From NCBI GenBank assembly GCA_035315685.1, contig DATFXR010000233.1, positions 4,203 to 68,202 of the forward strand: DNA of 64,000 nt, in the 5' to 3' direction. This DNA is from Vicinamibacterales bacterium (lineage in GTDB: Bacteria > Acidobacteriota > Vicinamibacteria > Vicinamibacterales > CAVVIG01). Under the pieces are notes generated by a model that made no database searches, was not told where the DNA came from, and worked only from the letters and a program-made list of their open reading frames with translations. The number at the start of each line of letters is the position of its first letter. Positions within the stretch are counted from its first letter, which is position 1. Below, in pieces: positions 32,593 through 42,468 of this stretch. Made by a program: the position numbers and the translations under genes.

Positions 32593-33663
32593 TTGACTGA
32601 TTCCAATCACGCTGCCCGCCGTCCGTACATCGGATCGCTGAACCTCGCGGACATCGCTCACGGCTGCTTTGCCGGCAAGTCCGTGCTCATTACCGGCGGG
32701 ACCGGATCCTTCGGCCGCCGCTTCACCGAGATCGCCCTCGAATACGCGAACCCGCGCCGCTTCGTCGTCCTCAGCCGTGACGAGCTGAAGCAAAGCGAGA
32801 TGGCGCAGCACTTCGATCACGATCCGCGGCTGCGCTTCTTCCTCGGCGACGTCCGCGAACCCGGCCGGCTGCGCCGCGCGTTTCAGGACGTCGACGTGGT
32901 GATTCACGCGGCCGCGCTCAAACAGGTCCCGGCGGCCGAGTACAACCCGTTCGAGTTCGTGAAAACGAACGTGCTCGGCGCGCAGAACGTGATCGACGCC
33001 GCCCTCGACGTCGGCGTTCCGAAGGTCGTCGCGCTCAGCACCGACAAGGCGGCAAACCCGATCAACGTCTACGGCGCGACGAAGTTGTGCGCCGACAAGC
33101 TGTTCGTCGCCGGCAACTCGTACGGTGGTGCCGCCGGATCGCGATTCAGCTGCGTCCGTTACGGCAACGTCGTCGGCAGCCGCGGCAGCGTGATTCCGTT
33201 CTTCCTGTCGCGCCGCGCGTCCGGCGTGCTGCCGATCACGCATCCGGACATGACGCGCTTCTGGATCACGCTCGACCAGGGCGTCGCGCTCGTCCTCGCC
33301 GCGCTGCAGTGGATGCGCGGCGGCGAGATCTTCGTGCCGAAGATTCCGAGCATGAAGGTGATCGATCTCGCGCGCGCGATCGCCCCGTCGTGCCGGCTCG
33401 AGGTGGTCGGCATCCGACCGGGGGAAAAGCTGCACGAGGTGATGATCCCCGCCGACGAGTCGCGGACGACCTTCGAGTACGACACCCACTATGTGATCGC
33501 ACCCGCGCACCACGAGTGGACGACGTTCGACCACACCGCGAACGGCGCGCGGACCGTCGAGCAGGGCTTCGCCTACGCCAGCGATCGCAATGAGCACTGG
33601 CTCACCATCGACGAACTGCGCGAGATGGCCGGCGAACCGGTCTCGGCGATTCCCGGACCCTAG
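32593..33663 (+). CDS. pseB: UDP-N-acetylglucosamine 4,6-dehydratase (inverting), PseB/FlaA1-like
   Basis: GKSVLITGGTGSFGRRF...VIHAAALKQVPAAEYNPFEFVKTNVLGAQNVIDAA...STDKAANPINVYGATKLCADKLF...RYGNVVGSRGSVIPFF. TTG start as in the track, so the start is uncertain. Confidence 0.85.
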   Translation: MTDSNHAARRPYIGSLNLADIAHGCFAGKSVLITGGTGSFGRRFTEIALEYANPRRFVVLSRDELKQSEMAQHFDHDPRLRFFLGDVREPGRLRRAFQDVDVVIHAAALKQVPAAEYNPFEFVKTNVLGAQNVIDAALDVGVPKVVALSTDKAANPINVYGATKLCADKLFVAGNSYGGAAGSRFSCVRYGNVVGSRGSVIPFFLSRRASGVLPITHPDMTRFWITLDQGVALVLAALQWMRGGEIFVPKIPSMKVIDLARAIAPSCRLEVVGIRPGEKLHEVMIPADESRTTFEYDTHYVIAPAHHEWTTFDHTANGARTVEQGFAYASDRNEHWLTIDELREMAGEPVSAIPGP

Positions 33664-33667
33664 CCGG

Positions 33668-34348
33668 ATGCCAACCACCCGGCCGTCCTCACCGGCCGAG
33701 CGGTGCCTGCGCGCGCTGTGGACCGAGCGCGTTGCCTTCCTGATCGTCGTGTTCGGGACCATGGCCGCCGCAGCGCTCGTGACGACGACACAGCCGACTT
33801 TGTACGCATCGCAGGCGCTCCTCAGCGTGAAGCCGCCGGCGGAGGTCGTCGCCGAGGCACTCCGCACGAAGCGTCCGTATCTCGGACCCGACGGCCACCT
33901 CTACGACGCGAACGATCCGGAGCGGCAGACCGGACCGGGACGGTACGCGCCGCGGCTGACGGCGCCGGGCCTTGTCACGCTCGCGGCGCACGACGCCGGG
34001 ATTCTCCCCGCCGGCGCCTCGCTCGACGATCAGCAGGCGGCGCGCTGGGTGACGGCCGAACGCATCGAAGGCGCAGATCTGATTCGTCTCGTCGTCTGGC
34101 AGCCGACTGCCGACGCCGCACACCAACTTGCGGACGCGATCGTCGCTCGCGGGCTCGCAATCAACCAGCGCGACGAGGCCAACGTCGCGCCCCCGGAACT
34201 GCGCCGCATCATGATGGTGGTCGATCCACCGACGCTGCCCTCGGCGCCGGGGTATCCACGGCTCGGCGTCAACCTCAGCGTCGGCTTTGCGCTCGGCGTG
34301 CTCGCCGCGAGCGCGCTCGTCGCGATTCGACAGACGACGCACGGCTGA
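33668..34348 (+). CDS. Wzz-like chain-length determinant (two-TM periplasmic protein)
   Basis: ATG at 33668. N-terminal TM VAFLIVVFGTMAAAALV, C-terminal TM FALGVLAASALVAI, with a soluble segment in between. Sits between pseB and the wzy-like gene. Confidence 0.5.
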   Translation: MPTTRPSSPAERCLRALWTERVAFLIVVFGTMAAAALVTTTQPTLYASQALLSVKPPAEVVAEALRTKRPYLGPDGHLYDANDPERQTGPGRYAPRLTAPGLVTLAAHDAGILPAGASLDDQQAARWVTAERIEGADLIRLVVWQPTADAAHQLADAIVARGLAINQRDEANVAPPELRRIMMVVDPPTLPSAPGYPRLGVNLSVGFALGVLAASALVAIRQTTHG

Positions 34349-35646
34349 TGGCATACACCACTCTGTTCCTGGCCTCGGTGGCGGGCGCCGCGTGTGAGCT
34401 GCTGCGCGTCAGACGGATCTGGGCGTTCCTGATTCTCTTCATCGCGTTGATGCCGAAAGTCGCAGTGGCAGTCGTGCCCGGCAACACGACGCCCCTGCGC
34501 GTGGACGACCTCGTGCTCGCCGTCGTGATCGGTGCGTGGATGGTGCAGCGCCTGTTCGCGCCATCGTGCGACAGCCAGCCAGCCATCCCGCCGTCGCCCG
34601 CCTCGCTCTTCCTGCTGCTCTACTGGGGCATCGCCGCCGCGTGCACGCTCGTCGGCATCGCGGCGCTGACGACCACTCCGCTCACCGGCATGCTGCATAT
34701 CGGCCGGCTGATTGAGTACGGCTTGCTGTACTACCTCTTCTACACGTCGATCGGCCCCGACGAGCTCCCACAGTTCGTCGAGGTCGTGTGCGTCGCGCTC
34801 CTCCTCGTCGTGGCGATCTGGATCGGCCAGCACTGGGCGCACGCACCGGCGAACGCCGCCACGCCATGGGCAACGCTCTACCCCACGTTCTCGGCGACCT
34901 ACGACTTCGGCGGCTTCGTGATGCTGACGACGGTGCTGCTCTACGCGGTGTGGAGCACAGGCGCAAACCGCAGCCTCGCGATGACGGTCGCGCTCGCCGC
35001 CGGCGCCTTCGTGACCATCAATTCCGAATCGCGGGCGTCGCTGCTCGGCCTTGCCGTCGTCGTCGCCATCGATGTCGCGCTGCGCGCGCGCTGGTGGGCG
35101 GTCGCTGCGATCGGCGCTGCGGCGATTGCCGCGCCCTACCTCGTCCGCTCGCGCAAGATGCTCACCCTCGTCAGCGGCGTGGTCGCACTGGTGACGACCT
35201 TCAAGCTCGACGTGATCAGGCAGGCATTCGCCACCGATCCGAGCCTCGCGCTGCGGCTCCGCAACTGGTCGTTCGCGATCGATCACTGGCGGGCGCGGCC
35301 GTGGGCCGGCGACGGACTCGGCGGTTACCTGTCGTACACGAGGCAGTACGATCTGCCGGCGTCACCCGACGGCTGGTACATACGCGTGCTTGCGGACACC
35401 GGAGTGCTGGGGCTCGCCGCGTTCCTGCTGCTGATCGGCGCGCTCGCCTGGGTGCTGTTCGCGGGCGTCCGCCGGGAAACGGTCGCGATGCGGCGTGCTA
35501 TCGTGTATGCGGCCGCGCTTGCGGTGGTGGCCGCGTCGGTCAGCGCGGTGCTCGTCGACACGTTCGTCTCCTACAAAATCATGGGCATGTTCTGGACGAT
35601 TGTCGCGTGCGGCACCCGAGTGACCGCGAGAGAGGCGGCGGCCTGA
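34348..35646 (+). CDS. O-antigen ligase/polymerase family membrane protein (Wzy-like)
   Basis: TGATG junction at 34346-34350. About 10-12 TM helices. INSESRASLLGLAVVV and the large loop W.ARPWAGDGLGGY are typical of the Wzy_C domain. Confidence 0.65.
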   Translation: MAYTTLFLASVAGAACELLRVRRIWAFLILFIALMPKVAVAVVPGNTTPLRVDDLVLAVVIGAWMVQRLFAPSCDSQPAIPPSPASLFLLLYWGIAAACTLVGIAALTTTPLTGMLHIGRLIEYGLLYYLFYTSIGPDELPQFVEVVCVALLLVVAIWIGQHWAHAPANAATPWATLYPTFSATYDFGGFVMLTTVLLYAVWSTGANRSLAMTVALAAGAFVTINSESRASLLGLAVVVAIDVALRARWWAVAAIGAAAIAAPYLVRSRKMLTLVSGVVALVTTFKLDVIRQAFATDPSLALRLRNWSFAIDHWRARPWAGDGLGGYLSYTRQYDLPASPDGWYIRVLADTGVLGLAAFLLLIGALAWVLFAGVRRETVAMRRAIVYAAALAVVAASVSAVLVDTFVSYKIMGMFWTIVACGTRVTAREAAA

Positions 35647-37025
35647 TGGTCCCGACGCCGCGCACGCAGATGACCGTGCGGACGCTCGCCCTGGTCTCGC
35701 TCGACCTCGCCGCGATCTTCGCCGGCTGGATTCTCGCGTCGAACTGGCGACTTGGATCGTACTGGGGGAACGAGTTCCGCCTGAACCACCAGACGCAGTT
35801 CGCCCTCCATGCGGCGATCTTCCTGGTCGCAGCGATCCTGTTCGAAACCTACGATCCGCGCCGCCCGTACGCGAGCTTCACCGAGATGCGCAAGCTGGTC
35901 GGCGGCTACCTGCTGGCGGGATTGATCGAACTGCTGATCTTCTTCTTCCGCCCGGAGCCGCTGGTCGGCCGCGGTATCTTTGCATTGAACGTCGCCGTGT
36001 TCATTGCGATCGCGGCGATCGGTCGCGCCGGGTACAGCCTGTTCGGGACCGACTTCTTCAAGCGGCAGGCCCTCGTCGTCACATCGGGCGGCGTTGGCGC
36101 GCAACTGCTCGGCGAGCTGAAACGCGCGGCGGCGTCGGTCTATCAGATTCAGGGTTACGTTGCGCCAGCGCGGGACATGAGCGCGCCCAACACGGCGCCG
36201 TGGCTCGGGGCCGGCGCCGACCTGAACGATCTGATCGAGCGGCGCAGGATCGACACGGTGATCGTCAGCAGCAGCATGGACTGCTGGAACCGTTATCTGC
36301 AGCCGCTCATCATCGCGCGCAGCCGCGGCGTCGAGATCGTCGACCTGGCGACGGTGTGCGAGCGATTCCTGAACCGGATCCCCTGCGATCAAATCACCGA
36401 GCTATGGCTGCTGTGGGGGCTGATGGGACGCTCGTCTCTCTATGTGACGCGCCTGAAACGGCTGGTCGATTTCACGCTGGCGACCGTGCTGCTGATCGTG
36501 TCGCTGCCGCTGCTGCTGGCGATCGCCGTCGCGATCAGGCTGTCGAGCCGTGGGCCGATGCTGTTTCGCCAGGAGCGGATCGGCCTGCACAATCGCCCGT
36601 TCACGGTCGTCAAGTTCCGCTCGATGGTCGACGGCGCCGAAGACGAATCGGGTCCGGTGTGGGCGGCCGAGCGCGATCCGCGCGTGACGCCGATCGGCCG
36701 CTGGCTTCGCCGCTGGCGCCTCGACGAGCTGCCGCAATTGTGGAACGTGATCAAGGGCGACATGAGCCTGGTCGGCCCGCGGCCCGAGCGCAGCGTGTTC
36801 GTCAACGAGTTCCTCACCGCCGTGCCGATGTACAACCAGCGTCACGGGCTGCGCCCGGGCATCACCGGCTGGGGGCAGATTCACTACGACTACGCCGCGT
36901 CGCGCGAGCAGACGCGCGAGAAGCTCGAGTACGATCTGTTCTACGTGAAGAACGCTTCGTTCCTGCTCGATCTTGCAATCCTGCTGCGAACGACGCGGAC
37001 CCTCGTCGCCGCGCGAGGCAGATGA
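35646..37025 (+). CDS. Polyprenyl-phosphate glycosylphosphotransferase (WbaP/EpsB-like, Bac_transf domain)
   Basis: TGATG junction at 35644-35648. The C-terminus has KRLVDFTLATVLLIVSLPLLL...GPMLFRQERIGLHNRPFTVVKFRSM...DELPQLWNVIKGDMSLVGPRP. Confidence 0.85.
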   Translation: MVPTPRTQMTVRTLALVSLDLAAIFAGWILASNWRLGSYWGNEFRLNHQTQFALHAAIFLVAAILFETYDPRRPYASFTEMRKLVGGYLLAGLIELLIFFFRPEPLVGRGIFALNVAVFIAIAAIGRAGYSLFGTDFFKRQALVVTSGGVGAQLLGELKRAAASVYQIQGYVAPARDMSAPNTAPWLGAGADLNDLIERRRIDTVIVSSSMDCWNRYLQPLIIARSRGVEIVDLATVCERFLNRIPCDQITELWLLWGLMGRSSLYVTRLKRLVDFTLATVLLIVSLPLLLAIAVAIRLSSRGPMLFRQERIGLHNRPFTVVKFRSMVDGAEDESGPVWAAERDPRVTPIGRWLRRWRLDELPQLWNVIKGDMSLVGPRPERSVFVNEFLTAVPMYNQRHGLRPGITGWGQIHYDYAASREQTREKLEYDLFYVKNASFLLDLAILLRTTRTLVAARGR

Positions 37026-37069
37026 AGCGTGGTGTGACCTAGCGAGGGCTTCAGCCGAGCGTCAGCGCC

Positions 37070-37963
37070 GTGAAACTTTCCATCGTCATCCCGACCTATA
37101 ACGCGCACGAGTGGATCCAGGGTTGCATCGACTCGATCAGGCTGCACCGCCCCTCGTGCGACTACGAGATCATTGTCGTCGACGATCGCTCGAGCGACGA
37201 CACGGTGGAGATCGTGCGGCGGATGTATCCGGACATCCTGGTGTTTGCCAACGAACGGAACATCGGCTTCGGCAAGACGGTCAACGCCGGCCTGGGCGCC
37301 GCCCGCGGCGAGTACGTCCTCGTGTTGAACAACGACACCTGGATGCATGAGGACGCGCTCGACGCGATGATCGGCTACCTCGACGCGCACCGCGACACCG
37401 GCATCGTCGGACCCAGAGTGCTGAACAGCGACGGTTCGCTGCAGCAGCAGTGCCGCCGGCGCATTCCGACGCCGGGCGCTGCCCTCCTCTATTTCAGCGG
37501 CGTCGCGAAACTGTTTCCGAAGAACCCGCGCATCGCCGGCTACCTGATGACGGCGGCCGACGAACATCAGACGACCGAAGTCGATTCGGTGTCAGGCGCC
37601 TGCCTGATGGTGCGGCGCGAGGTGCTCGACGCGATTCACGGCTTCGACCCGGAGTACTACCTGTACGGCGAAGACATGGATTTCTGCTGGCGGACGAAAC
37701 TGGCGGGCTGGAAGGTGGTGTACTTTCCCGGCGCCGCGATCACGCATTTCGGTGGCCAGGGCGGCACCGGGAAGAAGAAGATCTACGCGACGATCGAGTG
37801 GCACCGTGCGATGTGGATCTTCTACCGCAAGCACCGCGCGCCGACGGTCGCGTTTCCAGAGCGCGCCCTGGTCTACTCCGGCATTGCGCTGAAGACCGCG
37901 GTCGCCGTCGCGCTCAATGCCGTCAGGCGATCCGGAACGCCGGGAACGGCGAAGCCGCAGTAA
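37070..37963 (+). CDS. Glycosyltransferase family 2
   Basis: KLSIVIPTYNAHEWI...IIVVDDRSSDDT...LNNDT...YGEDMDFCWR. Confidence 0.85.
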   Translation: MKLSIVIPTYNAHEWIQGCIDSIRLHRPSCDYEIIVVDDRSSDDTVEIVRRMYPDILVFANERNIGFGKTVNAGLGAARGEYVLVLNNDTWMHEDALDAMIGYLDAHRDTGIVGPRVLNSDGSLQQQCRRRIPTPGAALLYFSGVAKLFPKNPRIAGYLMTAADEHQTTEVDSVSGACLMVRREVLDAIHGFDPEYYLYGEDMDFCWRTKLAGWKVVYFPGAAITHFGGQGGTGKKKIYATIEWHRAMWIFYRKHRAPTVAFPERALVYSGIALKTAVAVALNAVRRSGTPGTAKPQ

Positions 37964-37970
37964 GCGACGC

Positions 37971-40064
37971 ATGCGAGCCGCGCGCGCGACGTGGGTGTGG
38001 GCGCTCGCGGCGGCTGCCGCACTCCTCTATCCCGACCATATTGCCGGCGCGTTCGACGGTGTGCCGCTCGATCGCGTCGCCGAAGCGCTCATCGTCGGCG
38101 GCCTGGTCCCCGCGTTGTGGTGGTTCTACCCGAGCTTTCTCGCCACACGGCGCGCGCGCGTGTGCATTCTCACTCTCGCTGCCTGGCGGATCGCATCGAG
38201 CCTGCTGTTCGTGCAGGACGGCTGGTGCGTGCAGTTCGTCCCGGCGAGGCCGTTCGCGAAAGACGCGGGCCACGTGCCGCACGCGTGGGACCTCCGCGCC
38301 GACTGGCGATCGTTCGAGCCGGCCTGCTCCGCGATCATGACGCGGAGCTACCACGCCTTCGAAGATTTCCCGGCCTGGTTCTTCAACCTGCCGCCGCCGA
38401 ACGAGAGCTGGCCGCAGGCGATCGACATTCCGCCGGGCGCGACGACGCCGATGTACGTGCGCGGGTATCTGACGCCGGCGACGGGCGGGACGCTCGATTT
38501 CGAGGGCGCGTCCGGTGTCACCGGCACCGTGAGCCTCGACGGTCGGGTGACGCCATGGCCGGTGCACGTCGACGCGGGCACGCACACGATCGCGGCCGAC
38601 GCGGTGCTCAACTACAACAAGTGGGCGCTGATCACGAAGTGGAACGGCCGCGACCTGTGGAGCAGCGGCGTGACCGCGACCGTGGAGCGTCCGTCGCCGA
38701 TCGACATGCTGGTGCGGCCGTGGATCGGATTGATCCCGACGCTGCTGACGGTCGCCTTCGTCGGATCGTGGGTGGTTGCGGCAGCGAGCGCCGTGGGGAG
38801 TCCGATGACGATCGCGTGGGCCGCGGCATCGGCGGCGACAATCGCGACAGTCGTCTCCGCGGCGCCACCGGAAGCGGCGCGCTGGGTGATTCCCGCGATC
38901 GCGCTCGCCGCGTTCCTGCCGGTCCCGCCGCGGCTGCAGAACATCGCCGGCGCGTACGCGCTGGTCGGTGTGCCGTGGCTCGCCTTCGTGCTTGCCGGCG
39001 GGATTCCGCTGATCGGCAAGTTCATCCTGTACGAATTCGGCAACGACTACTGGATGTATCAGCGCTACGGATATCGAATCGTGATGCAGGGCTACTGGCT
39101 CGAGGGCGGCTCGCCGCTGTTCTACTTTCAGCCGCTGTACCGATGGATCACGGGCCTGCTGCATCTCGTCTTCGGCGATTCGAGCGTCGGCGAGCGATTC
39201 TGGGACGGCATGTGCCTGCTGGCGGGCGCGCTCGTGAGCTTCCGCATCGTGCGTTCGTTCGCCGGATTCAGATGGGCGATCGTCGCCGCGGTGCTGTCGC
39301 TCTCGGTCTTCGCGCTCGGCACGGCGCGATATCTGATGGGGTTTGGTCTGAGCGAGATTTCGTCCGCCGGGCTCTTCTACATGGCGGCGCTGTGCGCGAT
39401 GCGGAGTCGTGCGCCGCATGCGCGGGTCTGTGCGATCGGCGCGGGCGTGCTCGCGACGCTGGCGTTCTACACGCGGCTGAACAACGGCATCATGTCGTTC
39501 GGCGTCGCGTGCTTCGCGTTGTCGCTCACCGTGCCGGTGCGGGCCCTCGCTTCCCCATGGCGATCGGGGCTGTGGCGCCGCATCTCGTGGTGGACGGTGG
39601 CGGGCGTCTGGGGCGGGGTCGCGTGCGGCCTGATTGCCTTCGCGTGGCGGACGTGGCACTACACCGGCGTGTTCAGTGTCCTGCACGGCACGTCGGGCTC
39701 CCTCCTCGCGATCTTCAAGCCTGATTCGCCAATGCGCGCGAACTTCGATCGCCTCTTCACGAACCTGGCGAGCGTGCTCACAGTCAACGACCCGCCGCGG
39801 TTCGATGTCTACGCGCTGCCGGTCATGACGGGCGCGCTGGTCGCTGTCCTGTCGCTGGCTGGCGTAGCGAAGCTGCGCGATCTGCCGGCGGCCGCCGTTC
39901 TGTTCTTCGCGTCAGCGATCGCCGCGCAGTTCGTCGTCGCCGGCTCGGCATATCCCGGCCGCTTCTCGATCCACCTGCTGCCGGTCACGTCGGCGCTGAC
40001 CGTGTGTGCCGTGGCGAGGATCGCGGGCGCTTCTAAAGGGCTGCGCGATCGGAAGTCCCGCTGA
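37971..40064 (+). CDS. Large polytopic membrane protein with an N-terminal PA14-like beta-sandwich segment (GT-C-like?)
   Basis: ATG at 37971. YVRGYLTPATGGTLDFEGASGVTGTVSLDGRV...AGTHTIAADAVLNYNKWALITKWNGRDLW looks PA14-like. It is followed by more than 10 hydrophobic helices. Confidence 0.5.
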   Translation: MRAARATWVWALAAAAALLYPDHIAGAFDGVPLDRVAEALIVGGLVPALWWFYPSFLATRRARVCILTLAAWRIASSLLFVQDGWCVQFVPARPFAKDAGHVPHAWDLRADWRSFEPACSAIMTRSYHAFEDFPAWFFNLPPPNESWPQAIDIPPGATTPMYVRGYLTPATGGTLDFEGASGVTGTVSLDGRVTPWPVHVDAGTHTIAADAVLNYNKWALITKWNGRDLWSSGVTATVERPSPIDMLVRPWIGLIPTLLTVAFVGSWVVAAASAVGSPMTIAWAAASAATIATVVSAAPPEAARWVIPAIALAAFLPVPPRLQNIAGAYALVGVPWLAFVLAGGIPLIGKFILYEFGNDYWMYQRYGYRIVMQGYWLEGGSPLFYFQPLYRWITGLLHLVFGDSSVGERFWDGMCLLAGALVSFRIVRSFAGFRWAIVAAVLSLSVFALGTARYLMGFGLSEISSAGLFYMAALCAMRSRAPHARVCAIGAGVLATLAFYTRLNNGIMSFGVACFALSLTVPVRALASPWRSGLWRRISWWTVAGVWGGVACGLIAFAWRTWHYTGVFSVLHGTSGSLLAIFKPDSPMRANFDRLFTNLASVLTVNDPPRFDVYALPVMTGALVAVLSLAGVAKLRDLPAAAVLFFASAIAAQFVVAGSAYPGRFSIHLLPVTSALTVCAVARIAGASKGLRDRKSR

Positions 40065-40102
40065 CGCACGGCTGAAGCCGTCGCGCGGCATCGCGGCCGC
40101 GT

Positions 40103-40891
40103 TTACATCCAGCCGCGGAGGCGGTAGTACAAGGTCGCGGCGGCGTCGTAGACCACGCTGTCGAAGAGCAGCAGGCCGAAGTCGCTCGGCATCCAGCGCA
40201 ACTTCTCCGACCAGTGATCCGGCTTGATCGGTGCCGCGGACGGGATCACATCGAGGCCGGCCGCGCGAAAGACGGCGAGCGAGCGCGCCATATGCGTCAG
40301 CGAGGTGACCAGGACGATCGGCCGGGACGGTTTTCCGGCAAGCGTGCGCGCAATCAGCAACGCCTCTTCGCGCGTCGTCTTCGACTCTGCCTCGATCGTC
40401 ACGCGATCGGGCGGAACGCCGAGCTGGACGATCGCATTCCGCATGGCCTCTGCTTCCGCCCGGGCACCTTTGCGGCGCTCGGTCACGCCGCCCGACACCA
40501 GAATCGTCGGACCGTCGAGCAGCCGGTACAGCCGTGCGCCTTCGAGCAGGCGGAGTCCCGCGCGCAGGGACACCTGGTTGATCACGAGATCGCCGATCCG
40601 CATCGTGCTGTTGCCCGCGCCCAGCACGATCACCAGCCTCGCGCCCCGCGCGTCGGCGGCGCTGGCGAGCGGCTGATAGGCGCGGCCCTGCCAGCGCACG
40701 AGCCGCTCGGCGCACGCGGGCGACGCGAGCACCCAGTACGATACGAGAATGGCGGCGAAGTACCAGCGCGCGCCACGCTGGGTCCGCCGCCAGAACGAGA
40801 GCGCGACGCCGATCGCCAGCAGCGCGATGAAGAACGTCAGCGAGGCTGGACTCGCGTACAGCTTTGCGGCGTCCACGAGAGCGTCGATCAT
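40103..40891 (-). CDS. DUF218 (YdcF/ElyC/SanA-like) protein with an N-terminal TM helix
   Basis: ATG at 40891 makes an ATGA overlap with the symporter stop. LVIVLGAGNS...TTREEALLIARTL...IVLVTSLTHMARS. Confidence 0.7.
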   Translation of the reverse strand: MIDALVDAAKLYASPASLTFFIALLAIGVALSFWRRTQRGARWYFAAILVSYWVLASPACAERLVRWQGRAYQPLASAADARGARLVIVLGAGNSTMRIGDLVINQVSLRAGLRLLEGARLYRLLDGPTILVSGGVTERRKGARAEAEAMRNAIVQLGVPPDRVTIEAESKTTREEALLIARTLAGKPSRPIVLVTSLTHMARSLAVFRAAGLDVIPSAAPIKPDHWSEKLRWMPSDFGLLLFDSVVYDAAATLYYRLRGWM

Positions 40892-42468
40892 ACGGCGCGC
40901 TGCACGGCCGGCTCTGCCATCACGCCGCGCCACGTGAGCCGCAACGCTCCCTCGGACGGGCGCTCAGGAAGGACGAACCCGAGCGCCCAGCCGGACAGCA
41001 GCGTCGCGGCAAGGCCGAACGTCGACGGCCACATGAACCCGATCGACGTGTGATACGCGACCACGTAGCTCGCGATCGTGCCGATCGTTCCGGCCGCCAG
41101 CGTCGCGAGGCTCGCCGCGCGCCGGCTGAACATCGCCAGCAGATAGATCCCGAACAGCGGGCCGGTGAACGCGTTGATCAACTTGTTCGCGATCTCGAGC
41201 AGGCTGCCGATCTTCGAGACGTTCACCGCGAGCAGCGTGCCAAGCCCTCCGAACACGAACGTCGCCACGCGCGACACCCGCACCTGGCGATCCTGCTCGG
41301 TTGCGGTCAGCGCGACGCCGGAGGTCTGCCGTCCGAGGACCAGTCGATTGTAGAAGTCGACCACCACGACCGACGTGCACGAATTGATCGCCGAGTCCAC
41401 GCTCGACAGCGACGCCGCCATCAGCGACGCGATCACCAGGCCGACGGCGCCGGCGGGGAACGTCTGCAGCATGAAGTACGGGAGGATGCGATCGGTCGCA
41501 AAGTCCGGCGGCAGAGCATGGCTCTGAAAGTATGCGAACAGCGCCAGGCCGACGAACGAGAGCGCGAACATCCACACGATGTCGCCCGCGGCGTTGACGA
41601 CGAACGCCCGCCGCGCTTCCGGCAGCGAGCGCGTCGTCTGCAGCCGCTGCACCATGATCTGATCGCCGACGTACGCCGCCATGCGGCCGGTCAGCAGCGA
41701 CGCCATGATCGCGACGATGCTGAGCGGCTGTTCGAAGAAGACGCGCACCTGCGCCAGGAAGCCGCCGCCGGGCGCGGTTGCGAACGGCGCGATCAGCGTC
41801 GTCCTGCCAGCGGTCGCCGCGATCTGCCAGATCTGCGGCAGCCCGCCCGCCACCGATCGCGTGGCGATGACGACGACGGCGGCGAGGCCGCTGAAGCGCA
41901 CGCAGAACTGCACCACGTCGTTCCAGATCACCGCCTTCACACCGCCGAGCGCGGTGTAGACGGTCACGACCACGCCGAGGACGAGCACCGTCCACGTGAC
42001 CGGCAACGCGCCGGACGAAGCGACTTCGACGGCCAGACAAGGCACGTAGGTCGCGGTTGCCATCCAGCCGAGCCGCCAGACGATGAAGATGCCGGCCGCG
42101 AGGCTGCGCACGCGAACGTCGAAGCGCGCCTCGAGGTACTCATAGGCGGTGAAGTAATTCAGGCGGCGGTAGAACGGCAGCGTCACGCGAGCGACCCACG
42201 GGTACAGCAGCAGCCACGACGTCGTGCCGGTGAGCAGCACGAGCCCATACCTGATCGTGGACGACGGCTGCATCAAATAGTCGATCGCGCTGTCGAGCGC
42301 CGCCATCAGCGACAACCCGACCGGGAGCCACGTCATCGACTGGTGTGCGAGGAAGAAATCGTCGAGCGATCGCTGCCGCCGCGAGAAGTACACGCCGACG
42401 CCGGTGAGCGCGGCGAGGTAGGCGACGATGATCACGGCGTCGTAGACGCGGAAGGAGCCGGTGGTCAT
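40888..42468 (-). CDS. Sodium:solute symporter family (SSS) transporter
   Basis: ATG at 42468 (MTTGSFRVYDAVIIVAYLAALTGVGVYFSRRQRSLDDFFLA...). About 13 TM helices. ATGA overlaps at both ends. Confidence 0.75.
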   Translation of the reverse strand: MTTGSFRVYDAVIIVAYLAALTGVGVYFSRRQRSLDDFFLAHQSMTWLPVGLSLMAALDSAIDYLMQPSSTIRYGLVLLTGTTSWLLLYPWVARVTLPFYRRLNYFTAYEYLEARFDVRVRSLAAGIFIVWRLGWMATATYVPCLAVEVASSGALPVTWTVLVLGVVVTVYTALGGVKAVIWNDVVQFCVRFSGLAAVVVIATRSVAGGLPQIWQIAATAGRTTLIAPFATAPGGGFLAQVRVFFEQPLSIVAIMASLLTGRMAAYVGDQIMVQRLQTTRSLPEARRAFVVNAAGDIVWMFALSFVGLALFAYFQSHALPPDFATDRILPYFMLQTFPAGAVGLVIASLMAASLSSVDSAINSCTSVVVVDFYNRLVLGRQTSGVALTATEQDRQVRVSRVATFVFGGLGTLLAVNVSKIGSLLEIANKLINAFTGPLFGIYLLAMFSRRAASLATLAAGTIGTIASYVVAYHTSIGFMWPSTFGLAATLLSGWALGFVLPERPSEGALRLTWRGVMAEPAVQRAV

